Shown piece after piece: positions 9,544 through 20,706 of a stretch of 64,000 bases of DNA; positions within the stretch are counted from its first letter, which is position 1; each line of letters begins with the position of its first letter. Source of the stretch: Candidatus Poribacteria bacterium (GTDB taxonomy: Bacteria; Poribacteria; WGA-4E; JAJDTR01); contig CBDCTK010000002.1 of NCBI GenBank assembly GCA_965222225.1, positions 2,272,001 to 2,336,000 on the forward strand, given 5' to 3'. The notes under the pieces were generated by a model. It was given only the letters and a program-made list of their open reading frames with translations. It was not told the origin of the DNA and did not search any database. Both the position numbers and the translations under genes were made by a program.

Positions 9544-12500
9544 TCAATCCGCCGGCTGCGGCGCCAGTCCTGGCTCCGGAATTGCGGGCTGTTCGGTCGT
9601 ATCGTGCTCTTGGCGTCCACGCTCGTGGAATTCGCCTCGAACATCCGGACTGAGCGTCCGCCAGATGAGCAACTGTTTACGAATCAAATTCAAGAACCGA
9701 CGATTCACGCGCTTCCACGACGCTATCTCGCCGCTCTCGCGGGTTATATCAAGATTGATCTGGTACAGTTCCTCCTCTTCCCCGCCAACGGGCGATGTCA
9801 TGAACCGAATGGATTGGCTCACGCCCAAATCGTACGGCGCCAACCACACCATCATACTCACGGCGTACGATTCCTTTTCATTGTCTCCAGAATCCTCTAT
9901 GAACCGACTGAATCCAACCTGGTTCGTGTAGAAATCACTTGCCGACTCGTCCGCGTGCGCATCAAAGTAGTCGCGCATGAAAATGTTCAGACCGAGAGAT
10001 TCTTCCGACAGCACCGTGAACGGCAGGTTGAAATGCCATTCATCGCCCGTAGGTTCCGGCAGCTTCCATTTCCGTTCCAGATCGGGAACCGCCATTCGGC
10101 TCGCTTTAATCGCCGGGTATAGTGTACTACCCACCACCACTATCATTACGATAATCGTCGCCACGACCGTGGACATGGACGAGTAGTTTAGGGTCAGACC
10201 GGCTAACCATCCGAAATGTACCAGCAGCGTCGCCACGACTTGACCCATCAGGTAACCGAGCACCGCGCCGATAATCGCATAAACACACGCCTCCGCGAGG
10301 AACAGAAACGCGATATGCACCGGCGCCAATCCGACGGAACTGTAGATGCTAATCTCTCTTATCCTTTCGTAGACCGCGCCAAGCATGGTGTTTAACACAA
10401 TCAGTGATGCAATGAGAATCGGAATTAACAGGTTCCCCATGCCGGAGAAGGAGGTCATCCCGATTGAGCTATAAAGATAGGTGTTTTTGTCTCGAGCGAC
10501 GAAGAAATCAAGCGCGATCCGGCCCATCAGCGGCGCCATAATGAGATCGAGTTTGTCAACCGCCCCCGGAATCGGCGGGTCCTCGGGCTGGGGCTCCATG
10601 TTGACAGCCACGGAGCGCAGCGTGCCGCCTTGGTTGATAATCACCTGATACGGCAAGATGGCAATACTATCGGGCGTCAAATGGATGTACTTCTGCAACT
10701 CGCTTGTGCTGCTCTGATTTCCCTGTGCGCCGCGCGAACTTTGCTGTTTCATCAATTGTTGATCGATGGGTGTCAGTTCCTCCCCATCGTTGTCGGTCAA
10801 ATCCTTAAACCCGATTCCGAGCACCCCGGTCACGGTAAAATCCGCGCCGTAAACGGAGACGGTCGCTTTCCCCATGTCGGATTCGACAATTCCTAGCAGA
10901 TCTGCCACGCCCTTTGGTAGAACACAGGCATAGGGCCATCGGGTGGGCCATTCGTCTTGATCCGCGGGATTAAACCATTTGCCATAGTAGAGATAGCGAT
11001 TGATGCCGGTGATTCGTGGCTCGGCGGCGCTCATTCCAACTAGCATGTTGGCTGAGAAGGTATAGGGTTGACCGCTCAATGCGTCCTCCGGCGGCACGGG
11101 ATCTTTGAAGTTGGGGGTGCGCCTCAATTCAACAAACGATTGATCGCCTGTACCCGATGATTGATACCAAGCGCGAGGTCCTACCGCGTTGTGAACCATC
11201 AACACCGACGACGGCTGATAAACCTTCAATTCATCCCCGTCCTTCTTGACTATGTATGTGTTCCTATTGCCAGAGATTTCCCATCTGTCTTCACCCGTAA
11301 CCGGCTGAATTACCGTCTGAGGCGAAAGGAGGAACCCACGTCTATCGAATTCCTGATGCAAATTCGTGGAAATCTCCTCCTCCGCTAATTCGCCCTGAAG
11401 TTGTGAATCTATGCTGAACAGGAATGTCGGCTCGGCGCTGACGCTTGCAAGAGCTCCTGCTTCGCTCAACTGAGCAATGGCATCCTCAATCTCGTCCGAT
11501 GACGTGCCTCGCCTCTTCAGCATCAACCGATAATCAAGCTCGGGAAGTTGTGTTTTTCTCAGATCGTTCATAATCGAGCTGATGACTGGTGCTTCAAGCG
11601 GGCGCCAGTATTGATCTCGAATCAACATCCCGGTGTAACGCGGTGTCACGGCTGGCAAGTTCGTCTTGTTGGGGCGCATGAATGTTCGCACAGAGGTAAA
11701 CGAGATTACGGTAAAGGTCAAAATCACCAGCGTGGCGCATGTCAGAATGGTGCGGCCTTTCCGTTTTCGCATGTTGGACACGCCGAGGCTGAACGCCGCG
11801 GCGGACGCCGCCAGACGCCCCACGTCCGCTTTGTAGACTTTCGAGCTTTCCTGCCTAATTTTTTCGAGTTGCTCCTCAAATTTCCGCAAGATGATGACGA
11901 TCACGAATATGGTCAGCACAAGGACGACGAAGGCAATAAGAATGATGACGGGGGTGGTCGTAATCTGAAACGCGGGGTGCACCTGTGCCAAGAAGAAGAA
12001 CACAATGATGAAGATCGCAGCTGCGCCGCCAATCCGTTTGTGCACGTCGGGTGATGCAAAGAGCAGGCGCTCCATAAAGTAGGAGAACGGCAGGAGTAAG
12101 GCTAGATAGAACATGACCCCATTGACGACATCGTTGCCCGTTTTCTTGACATCCGGATAGGCGCGCGATTCGTATCCCCACGCCGCTCGCGCGAGTTTCA
12201 TTGCCGTGGAATATTCTTTCTTGGCGAGAGCCGTTTCTGCTTGGTCCAAGTGTTCGTGTGCAAAGAAATGGAGCTGATCTAACCGATCACTGCTGATACC
12301 GAACCGTTTGTAGAGACTCGTACGGTTCTCGTCGAGCCACCACATATCTCGGACGACGACGTAGGGCGTGACGCGGATGGAGCCGTTCTCGCGGACGACG
12401 AACCCCGAGCCGGTATAGAGTGCCGGGTTTTTGGCGCCGCTCTTGCCCGCTTTTATGAGCAGGAGTCGTTGGCCGATTTGGCCGTAAGACATTGCAATCT

Positions 12501-15500
12501 TTATACGTGCATCCGGCTCGGAATAGACGAGCGCAATCGGCTCGGTGGCGGATACGCCTTGTTGCTGCCACGGTTTGGACATACCGTATTTTTCCGGTGG
12601 ACTGTCACTTAAGCCGTCGAACACCTGCAGTTCTCGCAGTGTGCGCAGGTATCGCTGATCGACGAGATCGTAGATGGTTGTGGAAACGCACGGGAAAACG
12701 ATGACACGGCAGCCTCGTCGCCGGTTTTGAATCCGGAGTTTGTTGGATGTCAGCTTGGCACCGAAGTTACCCAAATCCGGCGCATAGACGATATCGCCGG
12801 AGTCGGAGTCAAGGAGGTAGGCATCAACTTCCTGCAGGCCTCCTATTCGGTGTGTTGCTCGCCCCTCCATCGCAAGTCCCGGCACATCAAATTGAGCTTT
12901 GTTGTTTCCCATGGCAACGAGGTCGCCGCGAACACCCATCATGGTCTTGTGTTTGCGTCGTATAGCGACAATCGGATAGGGAACCGGCGTGTTTGGCAGC
13001 GCGCTCTCTCGGGCATCGTACTCCACGACATCACCGAACAGGTTGCAGTAGAAGTTTCCCACTTTGGCGCCGGTAGGCATCTTGGGATCCAGCATGGCTT
13101 GAATGAGGATGCCGGTAAGCGTTTTCACCTGCTTGTGCAAATTACCGTCATAGGTGAGATCCATTCTGTCAATTGTATCTAACGGGGTGTCGGTCAGCAG
13201 TCGTCCATCTCCGATTGTGGCGAACGTGATGCCGGTTTTGCCTATCAACGTGGCGACTTCGCTGTCAAAGGCGATTTTGCCGGGGATGTAGGTTCGCCAC
13301 GTTTTGGCGCCGGTGGCGCCAATGGCGTTGACGAAGTTCGTTTCGCCTCCAAGCCCAACGATTTCGATTAACGTTTGGATATCTTCAATTTCGTCGGGGC
13401 TTAGTTGAGAGGAATCTTCGTGACGCAGGGCAAGCATCATCGGCAGCCGGTTGAGGAGGCGAATTGTGTTTTTGCGTGTACGCTGCCCCTCGCGCAGGTC
13501 GTCTTGGATAAATCGCTTGACTTCGTTGCGGATGTATTCCATGTCTTTGAGCATTTCGTCCGAGGGCTCGCCGCGGGTTTGCATCTGTTCAAACTGCATC
13601 TTCATCAAGCGGGAGACATCGGTCAGGGCAACCAGCGATTCGTAGTGGTCGGTAATCAGGGTCTCCAGCGATTTTCCTTCAATGGCTTTCTTCGTCTCAA
13701 TCTCGAAAGCGGCTTCCCATTGGCTGTTCATGACCGCTTGTCGAATTTGGTCGTCAGTAAAACTCCAGAGCTTGCCGATGCGTACGCCGAAGTCGACATC
13801 GTTGGCGTACTGCATGAGTTTATTGCCGATAGTGGCAAACTCTCGCCGCAGCACGAATTCGGGCTGCTGGTCGTAGAACCATCCCTTGTTGAATACGGCG
13901 AATTTGTCGCTCTGTGTGGAGAGATCGACTGAAATAAATAAGGAGGTGTAGTAGCGATTGAATAGGTCTTGAAGGGAGATGGCTTGCTCAACGGCGGCGA
14001 TATTTCGGTCATATTCCGATTTGCTGAATCGGGCAAGAATTGCGACGCGGGACTGGATATTGCGGATGCGTGAGTTTCGCAGGGTGAGCATGTTGTCGCG
14101 GAGCAGGATTTTTACGTCGTCCGGGAAGTCGCGGTCAAAGTTGTCCAGCCCGTTCCTCAGGTTCTGGAGTTCCACAATATCCTCACGCGCCTTCTGTTTG
14201 ACAAACTGGAGCAGCCTGCGTTCTTCAAGGTGGGCAACAATCTGATCGCGCGCTTCAAAGGCAGATTCCACTTCGTCACCCTCTAGGTAGTGACGCAACA
14301 CGAGTATCTCTTCCTCAAAATACGGACGATTTACCGACGCATGCCAATCCGACTCCAGTAAGGATTCCAGACGCACCCGCTCAAGTCGCGCGTTCCGCAT
14401 GGCAATTTCAAATATTCCCTGTTTATCCTTCGTCAACTCCTCAATCAGGATGGCATGGGATTCCTTTATCACTCCGCCACCGGCAGTCTCGTGAACATTC
14501 GCCAACTTCTGACGCAGTTGTGTCTGAATCCCCTTTAGTCGACTCAGAATGGCTTTACTGAGAAACAGCCCAAACGTCTCGTCGACATTATCAGGCATGT
14601 AGTCACGTTGCGTATGCAATCGGCTTATACTCGCCTTGATTGGTGATTCAAAATCCGCGTCCGGAGAAATTCTTTGAATGGCGTTCTCAAGTTGAAGTTT
14701 TTCTTGGGCAATATAATCGTCTAAGGTTCTATTCGCCTGCCTAGCGCGATGCACAACGTTACGCGCGTCCTTCATAGCATTCAAACCGTGGAAATCGAGG
14801 TGTCGGTCTAGCAGCCGTTCCGGGGCGTATTGGAGCGCGAATTTTCTGGAATCGGAAAACTCCCAATCTGCTAGGTATCCAGACAGCCGTTGCAAATCTT
14901 CGGCTTCGCGTGTGCCAGCCAGATCTGACGGAATCGGGAGATAATAGGCACCATCTTGCCCTTTTTCCGGTTTGAGGTAGGAATCATCCGGCTGTCGTCC
15001 GTAGCTTCCGCCGACACGTCCCACATTTAAATCGGCTTCCAATTGCTCCAACACCCACGCGTCCAACCGCGCCATAGGCAGCGCAACGTTGTCTACCAAC
15101 TCCAATTGTGCTTCTCGAGATGCCGCCAACGCCATGGTCTGAAGTCCATGCATTCGGTCAACGACCACGCGCAAAAATTGTGTGGTTTGCAATGCGTCTT
15201 TCTTGAATTTGACGAGATTGGTTTCAAGAGTGGACTTCTCCTCCTGCGTATACCCCTGCTTCTCGCGTTTTTTCACGACTCGACGGCGCCTTTTCTGCTT
15301 CTCTTTGAAGTCTCTTTGTTTGTTGCGCAATGAGTTGATCCGGTTGTACGTTGTTCCAACATCGGCTACCGTGGATTTCAGTGATTGAATGGCATCGTCA
15401 AGTTGGTGGACTTCGTAGAAGAATTCGGGGGGCAGATCGACAAGCACGCTGCGGTCAATCGAGAGAAGCAGTTTTCGACTCAACTCCTTGAACGGGCGGA

Positions 15501-17226
15501 GATCGAGTCCCAGCCCTTTTGCCATTCCACCCATGGTCGGAATCCCGGGGGCTTCGCCTGAATTGATGTTGAAGTCCGCCCTCGCGATAATGTCTTGACC
15601 TATTCCGAACATAAAGAAACGCATACCCGCAAGCCCTTGGAAGTGCCCGTCTGTGGCGACGAATAGCATGGAGCGTCCAGGACGGTATTCCTCTTTGCTG
15701 AGGATGCGCGCGACCTCCAAAAGCCCGGCAACTCCGCTGGTCGGATCGGCGCCCGGAGCAAGTGATGGGATTACGGACATGGAGTCGTAGTAGGCAGTGA
15801 CGACAACCATCTCGTCTTTCAAAATTGGGTCACTGCCTTCCAAGAATCCGCGGATGTTTTGTCCAATCCGGCGTTCCCACGTCATGGTAGAGTTCAGACG
15901 AACCATTAACGGCTGTGGTTGGGAATTCGGATTGGCGTTCTCTACATCGGCTTCGCCTAACAGCTTAAGTAACAGGTCCGCATCCGTTCTTGAAATCCAA
16001 AACCGCGGGATGTTGGCAGGGACGGTCAAGAATTTGTTCTCGGCTTCGCCGCGAATAGTGGTTTCGGGTTCTATGAACACAACCGCTTTCGCGCCAAGCA
16101 TGGCGGCATTTATCCACTGTGTGCCGGAATTGAAGTCTACAAGCAAAACGCTTCCGCGCGGAATGAAGAGACTGGATTCGGAGGAGGCAACGAACTCGCC
16201 CTCTTCATCAATTGAACCGTCGTTGTTATTGTCAACCCCATCGTAGGCATCGCCAGGTGTTTCGTCAACATACCCATCGACATCGTTATCAATGCCGTCA
16301 CTGTCCCAATAGACTATGTCGGCGAGTAATGGAATTTCACCATACTCGTCTATCTCGCTGTCTTCGTTGTTGTCAACTCCGTCTTCGGTTTTCTGCAGGT
16401 GGCTATTGAGCACATCGTCGGTGATACTTCCGACGGTAACGCGATGCCGGTGGGCAATGTTTTCCAGCGTATCGCCCTTCTGGACAGTGTACCAGAATCC
16501 ACCGATGTCTTTGCCGTTGAAGTCCTCCAGAGTGGCGTCGCCCCCGTAGAAGAGCGGGGCGCGTAAACCGCCAGTGGGAACGAAAACCGTGTTGTTCGTC
16601 GTTAGCGCAACTTCGTCGGGCTCGTCAATTTCGCCATCCCTGTCGTTATCTTGTCCATCAGTGGCTTGATCGCGCAGATATTGATTATGAGAATCTTCAA
16701 GAATGGAACGGGGCTCTACCTGATACGACTTGGCAATGGATTCCACGGTTTCGCCGTCTTGCACGAGGTGTTTGATCCCCGTGGGCAGTAGGGAGGTGCG
16801 GACGAGGTTGGGCCACACGGGCCATATTTTTACGGTCTTGAGTACCTCATCGTTTGAGGAAAGCACCTCCAGTCTTCCGTCGCCGTGGTCAACGGGAACA
16901 GCTATCCGAAATTCGCGGCTCTCGACGTTCTGTAAGCCGGTTTCGACGAACCGATCGAACACGTACTTGCTTGCGGCAGCCGCTTCGGGATAACCTGTGA
17001 CCCGACTCTCAAGGCTAGAGAGCCGCGCAATATCCTTTCGCATTCTGCCAATATCAACTTCATCCCGAATTTTAACCGCGATTTCAGAGAGACCGACGGT
17101 CGAATCCGTTTCCGCAGTCAGAGGTTTGGGCACAAAGGGCAATGTGATTAAACTAATGCATAAAATATAGAGAACCCTATTCTTGAGTACAGTCCGAAGT
17201 TTATGTTTGTTTCTGAGAGTTTTCAT
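9544..17226 (-). CDS. Giant (2560 aa) membrane protein: M28-peptidase-like domain with LysM and Asp-rich inserts, long helical insert, FtsX-like ABC permease C-terminus
   Basis: SRVTGYP, VTAYYDS, APGAD; two LysM-like motifs; four DGxDNx..DE repeats; SNMRKRKGRT; VYERIREISIYSSVGLAP (FtsX signature). Confidence 0.85.
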   Translation of the reverse strand: MKTLRNKHKLRTVLKNRVLYILCISLITLPFVPKPLTAETDSTVGLSEIAVKIRDEVDIGRMRKDIARLSSLESRVTGYPEAAAASKYVFDRFVETGLQNVESREFRIAVPVDHGDGRLEVLSSNDEVLKTVKIWPVWPNLVRTSLLPTGIKHLVQDGETVESIAKSYQVEPRSILEDSHNQYLRDQATDGQDNDRDGEIDEPDEVALTTNNTVFVPTGGLRAPLFYGGDATLEDFNGKDIGGFWYTVQKGDTLENIAHRHRVTVGSITDDVLNSHLQKTEDGVDNNEDSEIDEYGEIPLLADIVYWDSDGIDNDVDGYVDETPGDAYDGVDNNNDGSIDEEGEFVASSESSLFIPRGSVLLVDFNSGTQWINAAMLGAKAVVFIEPETTIRGEAENKFLTVPANIPRFWISRTDADLLLKLLGEADVENANPNSQPQPLMVRLNSTMTWERRIGQNIRGFLEGSDPILKDEMVVVTAYYDSMSVIPSLAPGADPTSGVAGLLEVARILSKEEYRPGRSMLFVATDGHFQGLAGMRFFMFGIGQDIIARADFNINSGEAPGIPTMGGMAKGLGLDLRPFKELSRKLLLSIDRSVLVDLPPEFFYEVHQLDDAIQSLKSTVADVGTTYNRINSLRNKQRDFKEKQKRRRRVVKKREKQGYTQEEKSTLETNLVKFKKDALQTTQFLRVVVDRMHGLQTMALAASREAQLELVDNVALPMARLDAWVLEQLEADLNVGRVGGSYGRQPDDSYLKPEKGQDGAYYLPIPSDLAGTREAEDLQRLSGYLADWEFSDSRKFALQYAPERLLDRHLDFHGLNAMKDARNVVHRARQANRTLDDYIAQEKLQLENAIQRISPDADFESPIKASISRLHTQRDYMPDNVDETFGLFLSKAILSRLKGIQTQLRQKLANVHETAGGGVIKESHAILIEELTKDKQGIFEIAMRNARLERVRLESLLESDWHASVNRPYFEEEILVLRHYLEGDEVESAFEARDQIVAHLEERRLLQFVKQKAREDIVELQNLRNGLDNFDRDFPDDVKILLRDNMLTLRNSRIRNIQSRVAILARFSKSEYDRNIAAVEQAISLQDLFNRYYTSLFISVDLSTQSDKFAVFNKGWFYDQQPEFVLRREFATIGNKLMQYANDVDFGVRIGKLWSFTDDQIRQAVMNSQWEAAFEIETKKAIEGKSLETLITDHYESLVALTDVSRLMKMQFEQMQTRGEPSDEMLKDMEYIRNEVKRFIQDDLREGQRTRKNTIRLLNRLPMMLALRHEDSSQLSPDEIEDIQTLIEIVGLGGETNFVNAIGATGAKTWRTYIPGKIAFDSEVATLIGKTGITFATIGDGRLLTDTPLDTIDRMDLTYDGNLHKQVKTLTGILIQAMLDPKMPTGAKVGNFYCNLFGDVVEYDARESALPNTPVPYPIVAIRRKHKTMMGVRGDLVAMGNNKAQFDVPGLAMEGRATHRIGGLQEVDAYLLDSDSGDIVYAPDLGNFGAKLTSNKLRIQNRRRGCRVIVFPCVSTTIYDLVDQRYLRTLRELQVFDGLSDSPPEKYGMSKPWQQQGVSATEPIALVYSEPDARIKIAMSYGQIGQRLLLIKAGKSGAKNPALYTGSGFVVRENGSIRVTPYVVVRDMWWLDENRTSLYKRFGISSDRLDQLHFFAHEHLDQAETALAKKEYSTAMKLARAAWGYESRAYPDVKKTGNDVVNGVMFYLALLLPFSYFMERLLFASPDVHKRIGGAAAIFIIVFFFLAQVHPAFQITTTPVIILIAFVVLVLTIFVIVIILRKFEEQLEKIRQESSKVYKADVGRLAASAAAFSLGVSNMRKRKGRTILTCATLVILTFTVISFTSVRTFMRPNKTNLPAVTPRYTGMLIRDQYWRPLEAPVISSIMNDLRKTQLPELDYRLMLKRRGTSSDEIEDAIAQLSEAGALASVSAEPTFLFSIDSQLQGELAEEEISTNLHQEFDRRGFLLSPQTVIQPVTGEDRWEISGNRNTYIVKKDGDELKVYQPSSVLMVHNAVGPRAWYQSSGTGDQSFVELRRTPNFKDPVPPEDALSGQPYTFSANMLVGMSAAEPRITGINRYLYYGKWFNPADQDEWPTRWPYACVLPKGVADLLGIVESDMGKATVSVYGADFTVTGVLGIGFKDLTDNDGEELTPIDQQLMKQQSSRGAQGNQSSTSELQKYIHLTPDSIAILPYQVIINQGGTLRSVAVNMEPQPEDPPIPGAVDKLDLIMAPLMGRIALDFFVARDKNTYLYSSIGMTSFSGMGNLLIPILIASLIVLNTMLGAVYERIREISIYSSVGLAPVHIAFLFLAEACVYAIIGAVLGYLMGQVVATLLVHFGWLAGLTLNYSSMSTVVATIIVMIVVVGSTLYPAIKASRMAVPDLERKWKLPEPTGDEWHFNLPFTVLSEESLGLNIFMRDYFDAHADESASDFYTNQVGFSRFIEDSGDNEKESYAVSMMVWLAPYDLGVSQSIRFMTSPVGGEEEELYQINLDITRESGEIASWKRVNRRFLNLIRKQLLIWRTLSPDVRGEFHERGRQEHDTTEQPAIPEPGLAPQPAD

Positions 17227-17558
17227 AATGTTTTATTTCGATCTTGATTAGCCTTTCAGGACAAAATCTCGCAAATGCCGGTGCGCCTTATACAACACCC
17301 GCTCCTTTGCGGCACTTAACGGCCTACCCATTTCAAGACGATGGAAAATCGGTGAATTGGTAATCAACGAAAGTTTTTCGTTCGCTTGCCCGAACGATTA
17401 TTTTATCATTTTCTTCCCGTGATTGTCTCCCTAAATTGCTAACATGTATTGTAGAGTGGGATCTGCAATCGTCAAATAGCAGATATCCCATCTAACTGTC
17501 CACCATTTCAGTGTCGGGAAAGCATTTCCCGCCTAAAGTGCCTCTATCAAAAAATCCA

Positions 17559-17590
17559 AAAACCGAGTTTTGGTGAAAAAACTCGGTCTC
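17559..17590. repeat. AACCGAGTTTT..AAAACTCGGT palindromic intergenic repeat
   Basis: Inverted repeat; second copy at 48758-48789. Confidence 0.6.
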
Positions 17591-17606
17591 TCTTCCATTT
17601 TCTGTG

Positions 17607-18000
17607 CTACTTGACAACCACCATCCGGCGCACCTGCGAGTAATTTCCTGCGCGAAGTTGGTAGAAGTAGACACCGCTTGCAACTGATTCCGCATTGTCG
17701 CTGCGGCCGTCCCAATATGCGGCGCGTCCCCTATCGGTGTAGAATCCCGTGGGTTGATGCCCCAGATTCAACTGTCGAACCAAGACACCCTTACTCTCAT
17801 AGATAGAAATTTGGACATCGGCATCGCTGGCGAGGCGGTACGGTATCCAGGTCTCCGGGTTAAACGGATTCGGGTAGTTTGGCAGGAGCATTGTCTCCCT
17901 CGGCGTCAGTGCTGCCAATAGGCTTTCCAAGAACCAAACTCCCCTCCGTGATGCCGCATCCGTGAGAGCCAAACCCTTCGTTTGTTCTAGCCACTGAATT
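17607..18000 (-). pseudogene. Orphan C-terminal FlgD-Ig/T9SS-like sorting domain (remnant of a secreted protein)
   Basis: QWLEQTKGLALTD..ETMLLPNYPNPFNPETWIPYRLA..WDGRSDNAESVASGVYFYQL; no upstream passenger domain or signal peptide. Confidence 0.75.
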
Positions 18001-18486
18001 GTCGCGGTTGGGCTTATGCCAATTCTCCAAAATGACAGAGCATTAATTAGGATGAATCAAGCGCCTGTTTGACGAATAGACAGTATAGCCATTTCCGATC
18101 ATAAGACGACTGTAGAACACGGATTCCATCGTGAGTGGATGGTGGCATAAGGTGGATTGGAGCCCCACAATCGTCCCGACAATGATGCGAATCATCGAAC
18201 CGGCAGCTTGACAAAGGTTGCCAACGGAGCGTCGATTCAAGCAACGCGCTGGCATTTTCTGAAATGTAGGTTTCCTTTGCTGGTGCGGGTTCTCCGGAAT
18301 CCTAATGCCGACAAAATGCCAACAAGAAAAAAAGTTGCGCTGCGATGGCGGTTTGTCCTGGTGCGAATGACATTGGCGATCGTTCTGGGTAAAAGAGGGT
18401 GGCGGGCAAAGCCGACCTTGCTCGGCCAGCGGAACTCATGCCCGATGCCTGCCGATGTCGTTCTATTGCTGTAGGGAGTTTGCTAT

Positions 18487-18536
18487 GGGATCTCTATCAG
18501 GACTTGCTATCGCCCTCCTTATTTGGTCGGTTGATC
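18487..18536 (-). repeat. Nested 37-nt hairpin elements
   Basis: GGGATCTCTATC | AGGACTTGCTATCGCCCTCCTTATTTGGTCGGTTGATC | GCAC. Confidence 0.75.
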
Positions 18537-18663
18537 GCACGCGACAACTAGTGGTCAGTGGCCAGTTATTGTAATCGACGCAATTCGGTTTTTAGCCGTC
18601 AAATTTAGTCCACGTCGGGGCAAGATGCCCCTCCCACCGGGTTGAAATGCGGATGGTGGGCAG

Positions 18664-18714
18664 GGGATCTATATCGCACTCGCTATCCGCTCGTTTGATC
18701 GGTGCGCACCCTAC
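18664..18714 (-). repeat. 37-nt hairpin element abutting a half REP
   Basis: GGGATCTATATCGCACTCGCTATCCGCTCGTTTGATC followed by GGTGCGCACCCTAC. Confidence 0.8.
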
Positions 18715-19372
18715 AACATACTGTCGCAGTTTATGCGTTACTACTTGAAAAGGGCGTCGAAGCTTGTCGTAGCTTGGCTTCGTGCATGATTTTTGCACCG
18801 TGATGAGCGTGCGATTCTGTGCGATTTTCTGCGACTATAAATTTGACCCCTCTCCCCGCGACGCTGAAACGACTGCCCAAATGCGTGTCAGGCGCTATAA
18901 CTGGACGCCGCCGAGATCCACTCGTTTTCCGACAAAGCCGGCGCGGACAAGGGGCAAGAACAGTTGAACAGGACAGAAGATTTAGAAACAGATTCGACAT
19001 TTTACTCTGTTGTTTTTTTCCTATTATCACGGCAATGAACCGCGCGCAAGGGTGACCGGATTGAGTTCGCGGCGAATCGCTCTGAAGGCATTTTCACTTC
19101 TCCAGTTAGCGCGGAAGCCTTTGACAACGCGGGTGCAGCGGATGCGCAGGTGAACAGAGTGCATACGAGACACATAGGAGTTTCGTCCCGGCGGCGTAGC
19201 GCCGGCAGGAGTAGGGTCGCGATCAACGTTAACCGGCTACATTATACTATACATGTGTATAGTTTTCAATTATAAAACGTGGGAATTATCGCAATCAATT
19301 TGAACGCATAGGGCAAACTCGCCTTGCTGCAGCAGTTTGATTCGCACACTTAACTCGGAAGAAGCGAATTGT

Positions 19373-20032
19373 TTAAGTGTCGTCGTCCGATGGAGCGTTC
19401 ACGCTTTCTTTGTTTCCGGATGTTGGCTCCTGTTCAACGGGTTTGCCTGCAGCAAGCATGACCGGTTGCGCCTCGGAAATCCTTTCGCTCTCTGTTCCGC
19501 CAAATTCCGCCACCAATATGGCTTTGGTTATCTGTTCCAGCGCTTCATTTGTAATCTTCAGCTTGTCGTCCAACCCAGTTGCCACTACGGTTTCGAGATC
19601 CACAGCCTCCGATGCGCGCGTTAGTAGTCTTTCATGAGCCATCCCAACCTCCTGCGTCAGTTTCGATAGCTTGAACACATGCTCCATCGTCTCCGATAAC
19701 TTGGTATATTCTGCCCCGTCGCTTTCTTGGATGGAATCCGTAAGTTTACTCGCATAGTTACGCATTATCCCAGCCACTTTGGTTTCGACATCCAACCATT
19801 TGCCGTTCGCTTCGCGCGCTTTGTCAAGTCTTTCCTGCGCGAGCTCATCTTTTGTCGGCTGATGCCAATCGTACTGCTTCGCCCAGCGGCGTATGGTGTT
19901 CGCATTTACCTGGACGGCAAGTTGGCGGCTGATTTCGGTAGCGGACACTCCTTGCAGCCACAGTCTCTTCGCCTCAGAAACGACTTTTTCAGGTGTTTTC
20001 GGTTTTCTTCGCTGCACGATGGCATTTTTCAT
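19373..20032 (-). CDS. HTH plus coiled-coil protein resembling a phage terminase small-subunit/DUF1804-type N-terminus
   Basis: EAKRLWLQGVSATEISRQL..NTIRRWAKQYDW pattern followed by a helical region. Confidence 0.6.
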   Translation of the reverse strand: MKNAIVQRRKPKTPEKVVSEAKRLWLQGVSATEISRQLAVQVNANTIRRWAKQYDWHQPTKDELAQERLDKAREANGKWLDVETKVAGIMRNYASKLTDSIQESDGAEYTKLSETMEHVFKLSKLTQEVGMAHERLLTRASEAVDLETVVATGLDDKLKITNEALEQITKAILVAEFGGTESERISEAQPVMLAAGKPVEQEPTSGNKESVNAPSDDDT

Positions 20033-20325
20033 GTTGTATGTCTCTCATTAGACATCTGTAGGTTGGACGTAAACTGGAAACGCATCGGGTTGCCGGTTCA
20101 AGCAGCGGTGATTGGTGCGCACACTCGAAGGTTGGTGATACCCGATTCGAAACGCGCAATGAATCGCGCTGCAACCAATTATCAGCTCACTCAAACTTCA
20201 ATTTAGGCAACGAATTAACGAGGTCCACCGTCTGCACACTGACAAGGGAGGAAACCGGCTACATATATCGGAGGCGGAAAACTACTTGGAATATCACTCC
20301 TACGTACTAACGTACTAAGCGTTGT

Positions 20326-20706
20326 TTAAATGTGGGTACTACTCAGTCTTGGGAGTTGCGGCATGAACGCTCTCTCCCTCAATATGGCGTATTCAACCTG
20401 CCTTGCCACATATCGCGGATTTATTTTTTCTCGTATATCCACCCCGATGCATGGGATCCCCTTTTCTTTCGCACGGTTTAGCTCCCAAGATACCCACTTT
20501 GAATGCTTAACGGAACCTGACCTCAGTAACAGCACGAAATCTGCTTTTTCCAGTTCAGTTTCTACCCTCTCCTGCTTATTCTCCGAATCGTTATCTATTA
20601 AGTCGATGAACGAGTCCCCAAACTTCGAGAGCACACACGACAGTTGGACGAGTGAATCTCTGTTGATAAAGTTGTCCCTCGTTGTGTAAGACACAAATAC
20701 ATTCAT
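20326..20706 (-). CDS. TIR domain protein
   Basis: VFVSY..D, then SKWVSWEL with the catalytic Glu; ATGA overlap with the upstream gene. Confidence 0.8.
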   Translation of the reverse strand: MNVFVSYTTRDNFINRDSLVQLSCVLSKFGDSFIDLIDNDSENKQERVETELEKADFVLLLRSGSVKHSKWVSWELNRAKEKGIPCIGVDIREKINPRYVARQVEYAILRERAFMPQLPRLSSTHI

